From contig WFQE01000227.1 in NCBI GenBank assembly GCA_015487165.1, positions 17,966 to 81,965 of the forward strand: a stretch of DNA of 64,000 bases, read 5' to 3'. Origin of the DNA: Paracoccaceae bacterium. Lineage in GTDB: Bacteria > Pseudomonadota > Alphaproteobacteria > Rhodobacterales > Rhodobacteraceae. The position numbers and the translations under genes are program-made. Below, in pieces: positions 60,270-64,000 of this stretch; positions within the stretch are counted from its first letter, which is position 1; every line of letters starts with the position of its first letter. The notes below the pieces were generated by a model. The model saw only the letters and a program-made list of their open reading frames with translations, had not been told where the DNA came from and made no database searches.

Positions 60270-61199
60270 ATGGCGTTCAAGGGCTCCGTCGCCGACTACC
60301 CGGATCGCGGCAAGTGGGGCGATGCCCGCTACCGGGGCAACTGCTCGGGGCGTCTCATCAAGGACGTGATCGAGCAGTACGTCCCGAAGGGTGGCATCTT
60401 CGTGGATGTCACCCTTGGCGGGGGCACCAGCCGCGATGTGGTTCAGGACCTGTTTCCGGGCGTGAAGTTCCTGGGCCTGGACCTGAACCCGGAGGCCAAC
60501 CCGCAGGTTGGATCCTTCGATTTCACGAAGGATTCGGTGCGGCAGGCGGTGGAGCGCGTCTTCGGGCGCGCGGCCGATGTCTGTTTCTCGCACCCGCCCT
60601 ACGGCCCGATGATCCAGTATTCGGGCAACATGTGGGGCGCGCCGCATGAGTCGGACACCTCCCGGTGCTCGGAAGAGGAGTTCCTGGAGAAGAGCCGGTT
60701 CATGCTGCTCAACCAGCGGGACGCCGTGGATCCTGGCGGCCTGTACATGACCCTGATCGGCGACCGTCGCCACAAGGGCCAGTACACCAGCTACCAGGCC
60801 GACTTCATCTCGATGATGCCCAGGAACGAGCTTCGGGGCATCATCATCAAGACGCAGCACAACTGCGTTTCCGATGCTCGGAGCTATGCCCGCATGAAGC
60901 ATCCGCGGGTGCTGCACGAGTATCTGATCGTCTGGGAGCGTGTTGCCCAGACATTCGTGGCCCTATCGCTGGACAAGGCCTACGAGATGAAGCGGCGCAT
61001 CAACGGGACCTGGGCCACCGTGGTCCGGTTCTCGCTGATGAAGTTGGGCGGCCAGGCCACGCTGGACCTCATCTACCGCAAGGTGGAGGAGGTTGCGGGA
61101 GACAAGGCCCGCAGCAATCCGACGTGGCAGGCCACGGTGCGCCGCACGTTGCAGCAGCACTTCGTCAACGTGCAGCGTGGCGTTTGGGCCGTTGCATGA
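60270..61199 (+). CDS. DNA methyltransferase (N6A/N4C type, HPPY motif) with C-terminal winged-helix-like domain
   Basis: FVDVTLGGGTS (SAM motif I), CFSHPPY (motif IV), and a C-terminal TLDLIYRKV...WQATVRRTLQQH resembling Mrr-N-type wHTH. Confidence 0.7.
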   Translation: MAFKGSVADYPDRGKWGDARYRGNCSGRLIKDVIEQYVPKGGIFVDVTLGGGTSRDVVQDLFPGVKFLGLDLNPEANPQVGSFDFTKDSVRQAVERVFGRAADVCFSHPPYGPMIQYSGNMWGAPHESDTSRCSEEEFLEKSRFMLLNQRDAVDPGGLYMTLIGDRRHKGQYTSYQADFISMMPRNELRGIIIKTQHNCVSDARSYARMKHPRVLHEYLIVWERVAQTFVALSLDKAYEMKRRINGTWATVVRFSLMKLGGQATLDLIYRKVEEVAGDKARSNPTWQATVRRTLQQHFVNVQRGVWAVA

Positions 61200-61205
61200 C
61201 CGTGG

Positions 61206-61235
61206 AGCCCCCTGCATGCGAGGGGGCTATCTTTT
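61206..61235 (+). terminator. rho-independent terminator
   Basis: AGCCCCCT-GCATGCG-AGGGGGCT followed by ATCTTTT. Confidence 0.7.
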
Positions 61236-61247
61236 CGGAAGGGAGCG

Positions 61248-61730
61248 ATGATGAAGAACACGAAGGTGACGTACATCTATCGCGACGTGAACAACTTCAA
61301 GGCGATGAGCGAGGTCGTCTTCGAGGGGACGGTGCCCGAGGAGCGCATTCAGGAGATTTTCGGCCTGAACGAGCTCATCGAGTTCATCCCCGAGGAGGTC
61401 GGGCTCACGCGCCTGAAGCTGTCTTCGGCCAGCGGGTTGCTCACGGAGGATGACGTGGCCCTGCACGAGCTGTGGCTCAAGGACATTTGCGAGACGGACG
61501 ATGAGCCGACGGACACCCGTACCTTCGACGAGTTCCTGGACGCGATCAAGCAGGCGCCCAGGAACGAGGTGGAGGCCTTCCGCGCCATGTTCGCGGAGGG
61601 AATGCAGGTGTACCGGTCAACCGAGGACGACAAGGAGGCCTACTCGGTGCTGAACCGCGAGCAGGCCATCGCCTACCGGCTGACCGGCGAGATGCCCGAA
61701 GGGCTGGAAATCATTCCGATGGAGGTATGA
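61248..61730 (+). CDS. hypothetical acidic protein
   Basis: ATGATG start after GGGAG. Confidence 0.6.
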   Translation: MMKNTKVTYIYRDVNNFKAMSEVVFEGTVPEERIQEIFGLNELIEFIPEEVGLTRLKLSSASGLLTEDDVALHELWLKDICETDDEPTDTRTFDEFLDAIKQAPRNEVEAFRAMFAEGMQVYRSTEDDKEAYSVLNREQAIAYRLTGEMPEGLEIIPMEV

Positions 61731-61732
61731 CC

Positions 61733-61888
61733 ATGGCCAAGAAGAAGGAAGTGCGAGTCGTGGTGGAAGGCGGCGCGGTCGTTGACGTGACCGTGCCGGA
61801 CGACTCGATCAAGGTCATCGTGGAGGATCACGATCTTGGGAGCGAGGAAGAGTTTCCCTGCACCGTCGGCGATTCCGCGGAGGCCTAG
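61733..61888 (+). CDS. small acidic protein (51 aa), absent from the ORF track
   Basis: ATG 61733 lies 7 nt after GGAGG. Translates to MAKKKEVRVVVEGGAVVDVTVPDDSIKVIVEDHDLGSEEEFPCTVGDSAEA*. Confidence 0.5.
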   Translation: MAKKKEVRVVVEGGAVVDVTVPDDSIKVIVEDHDLGSEEEFPCTVGDSAEA

Positions 61889-61946
61889 CTATCGTGACCT
61901 GGATGCCCGCTTCGCGCGGGCATATCTACCCTTTGCGGGGGAAAAC

Positions 61947-62631
61947 ATGGGAACGAGACACATCATCGCCGTCGTCAAGGACGGCGAATATGCCCTGTCC
62001 AACTATGGACAGTGGGACGGATACCCGGAGGGGCAGGGCATTGCGATCCTGCATTACCTCCGGGATGAGTGGAACCGCGAGGCCTTCGAGAGGGGGCTTG
62101 GGTTCGTCCGAGAGGCGACGGAGGAGGACCTGAAGCAGTTCGAGCGGGACCACAAGCGCGCCCAGGAGAGGCTGGGTCCGGACTTCGAGGCCCAGCGTGC
62201 GTGGGTGCGGAAGAACTACGCGAACCTGAGCCGCGACACGGGAGCGAAGGTGCTCCCGCTCATCGAGCGCCTGAAGGATCCGACTCCGTTCAGGCCGGAC
62301 CTGACGTTCGTGGGCGAGCGGTTGTGCGAGTGGGTGTACGTCATTGACCTCGACAAGAACACCTTCGAGGTCTTCAACGGCCACCTGCGCGGGCGTCCGC
62401 TCAACAGCGAGGACAGGTTTTATTTCCCTGACCCTGCTGATGGCTGGCGACCCGAACTGGATGCCGCCCTATCATGTGGTCAGCTACGACCTGAACGCGC
62501 TTCCGACGGACGAGGAGTTCATCGCGGACAATCCGGACGTGTACGAGGAGAGCGATCTCCCATCCGCGATGCGGCAGGACCTGGCGGCGACCGACGGGAT
62601 GTTCGCGTCGGCTCCGCGATTCCTGATCTGA
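61947..62631 (+). pseudogene. hypothetical gene interrupted by a +1 frameshift near 62415-62450
   Basis: The 61947 frame (MGTRHIIAVVKDGEYALSNYGQWDGYPEG...) degenerates after about 62455 (CTA/CGA/GGA codons). The +1 frame reads ...DPNWMPPYHVVSYDLNALPTDEEFIADNPDVYEE...RFLI* and stops 6 nt before a strong terminator. Confidence 0.55.
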
Positions 62632-62635
62632 GAAA

Positions 62636-62675
62636 CGAAACCCGGAACCGAATGGTTCCGGGTTTTTTTGTGCCT
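62636..62675 (+). terminator. rho-independent terminator, copy 2 of the repeated terminator
   Basis: CGAAACCCGGAACC-GAAT-GGTTCCGGGTTTTTTTGTGCCT. Both arms, the T-run and the GTGCCT tail are identical to 55119-55158. Confidence 0.85.
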
Positions 62676-62850
62676 ATGCCGAACCGAGGGAGAGGAGGTA
62701 TCCCATGGCGGCGCAGACGGCGAACAGGAACAGCATGAGCAGGGGGCCGGCGCCGCCCTTCGGGTTGGAACCCATGCCGTCCTTCCACCGTCGCATGGCG
62801 ATGGATGGTATTGGAACGGGCGCAACGCGCAACCTCCGATTTTTCGACAC

Positions 62851-62879
62851 TTGCATCGCGTTCAACTTGGGTCTATAGT
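62851..62879 (+). promoter_or_regulatory. TTGCAT-N17-TATAGT promoter with ~185-nt leader
   Basis: Good hexamers upstream of the short ORF and nrdJ. Confidence 0.55.
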
Positions 62880-63068
62880 TGCGAGGATTCTTGGCGTTTC
62901 TCGCGCCAATCGGTCATCCCAGCTATGGGGTGGCTTTCAGATTCAGCCGCCGTTTCGGTGGCATTCAGACACTCTTGCGAGTGGGAGTGTTCAGCGGATG
63001 CAACCGGAACGGCAGGCGTCAATGCGCCTTCCTGGTTCATCCGCATATTCCAATACCAGGGAGGTAAC

Positions 63069-63140
63069 ATGAAACACATTGTCGAAAACATCCTCCTCCA
63101 GGCGCTGGCCGAGGCCAGGCGCAGGGGAGGCAAGCGATGA
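63069..63140 (+). CDS. 23-codon upstream ORF (MKHIVENILLQALAEARRRGGKR)
   Basis: ATG follows GGGAGG. Ends in an ATGA overlap with the nrdJ start. Confidence 0.35.
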   Translation: MKHIVENILLQALAEARRRGGKR

Positions 63141-64000
63141 CGGCCGAGGTCACGGCCATCCGGCCGTCATTCACGGGCGACGTTCCGTTCCAGGAAGCGT
63201 CGCTGGACATCTGGGACAAGAAGTACCGCCTGAAGGACAAGCACGGCAACCCGGTGGACGAGTCCATCGGCGACACTTACCGCCGTGTGGCGCGTGCGCT
63301 GGCGGATGTGGAGGTGCCGGAGAAGCGCGAGCATTGGTTCGAGCGTTTCCTGTGGGCGCTGGAGAACGGCGCTATTCCGGCCGGTCGCATCATGTCCAAC
63401 GCGGGGGCGCAGGAGCACAAGCCGGCGACCAGCACCATCAACTGCACGGTGTCTGCCCGCATCAAGGACTCGATGGACGGGATTCTGTCCGCGGTCCACG
63501 CGGCGGGTCTGACGCTGAAGGCGGGGTGCGGCATCGGCTACGAGTTCTCCACGCTCCGTCCGAAGGGCGCATTCGTGAGCGGCGCCGGGGCCTATACCTC
63601 GGGTCCGTTGCCGTTCATGGACATCTTCGACAAGGCCTGCTTCACGATCTCGTCGGCCGGCGGCCGGCGGGGGGCGCAGATGGGCACGTTCGACATCGGG
63701 CATCCCGACGTGATCGAGTTCATCCGCGCCAAGCGTGAGGACGGTCGCCTGCGGCAGTTCAACCTGTCGTGCTTGATCACGCGCGATTTCATGGAAGCGG
63801 TGAAGAACGACGATGACTGGGACCTGGTGTTCCCGGCGAGCCGTGCCGACATTGAGGCTGGCGAGTCCATCGTCTATCGCCGCATCCCGAACGCGCGCGA
63901 GGCGGGCTACGAGGTGAACGAGGACGGTTTGACGCCCTGCCGGGTGTACAAGACCGTCAAGGCGCGCAGGTTGTGGGATGTCATCATGTCCTCGACCTAC
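63137..64000 (+). CDS. nrdJ: class II (adenosylcobalamin-dependent) ribonucleotide reductase, 3'-truncated by the window end
   Basis: Not in the ORF track because no stop occurs before base 64000. My translation: MTAEVTAIRPSF...IWDKKYRLKD...TSTINCTV...GCGIGYEFSTLRPKG...GGRRGAQMGTFDIGHPDVIEFIRAKRE...LRQFNLS, which matches recalled NrdJ signatures. Confidence 0.8.
   Translation, partial: MTAEVTAIRPSFTGDVPFQEASLDIWDKKYRLKDKHGNPVDESIGDTYRRVARALADVEVPEKREHWFERFLWALENGAIPAGRIMSNAGAQEHKPATSTINCTVSARIKDSMDGILSAVHAAGLTLKAGCGIGYEFSTLRPKGAFVSGAGAYTSGPLPFMDIFDKACFTISSAGGRRGAQMGTFDIGHPDVIEFIRAKREDGRLRQFNLSCLITRDFMEAVKNDDDWDLVFPASRADIEAGESIVYRRIPNAREAGYEVNEDGLTPCRVYKTVKARRLWDVIMSSTY

Noticed and set aside
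61836-62738. The 300-aa track ORF taken at face value
   Set aside because: The N-terminal 37 codons lack an SD and overlap the small 61733..61888 gene. The C-terminal part reads through the 62636 terminator with rare codons. I replaced it with the frameshifted 61947..62631 model.
62674-62865. 63-aa minus-strand ORF just after the repeated terminator
   Set aside because: It has no convincing SD or promoter. Only a 33-aa hydrophobic tail looks protein-like, and it overlaps the nrdJ promoter region.
62880-63068. Cobalamin riboswitch or NrdR boxes upstream of nrdJ
   Set aside because: I could not find a B12-box-like element or paired NrdR boxes by eye. I keep it only as an unexplained long leader.

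Overview
GC-rich (by eye about 60-65% G+C), gene-dense window with roughly 90 protein-coding genes, mostly on the + strand. Genes form short operons that often overlap at ATGA/GTGA/TGATG stop-start junctions. Near-consensus sigma70-type promoters (GGTATAAT at >=7 intergenic sites) and GC-rich hairpin terminators separate them. I saw no rRNA, tRNA or CRISPR array. The recognisable content is a mosaic. (i) Conjugative DNA processing: MobH/TraI-type relaxase, soluble TraD/VirD4-like coupling ATPase, VirB1-like lytic transglycosylase, CHC2-Toprim primase. (ii) DNA modification and anti-restriction: an N6A-methylase::SNF2 helicase fusion, Dam-like, Dcm-like and one further PPY-motif methylase, and a Lar-like protein. 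(iii) Nucleotide/DNA metabolism typical of large phages or megaplasmids: a divergent ThyA-family enzyme, DinG/XPD helicase, class II ribonucleotide reductase nrdJ (cut by the window end), MazG-like protein, ERCC4 and NucA-like nucleases, ASCH protein, GGQ release-factor-like protein. (iv) A gtrB-like glycan-modification cassette. (v) One solo TnpB RNA-guided nuclease gene. No capsid, tail, terminase, integrase or T4SS channel genes are visible, so the replicon type (plasmid, ICE or phage-plasmid) cannot be settled from this window. All domain calls come from motifs read by eye and recalled family signatures; no database search was possible. About half of the ORFs have no recognisable function. 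The best leads are the promoter-wired solo TnpB with a hairpin-rich 3' tail, a four-gene coupled ERCC4/membrane/secreted-nuclease operon, the DinG-ThyA-like operon (possible base modification), the ASCH-GGQ operon, tandem zinc-ribbon paralogues, a switch-like divergent regulator pair with a 60-nt nested palindrome, and two frameshift-interrupted genes.
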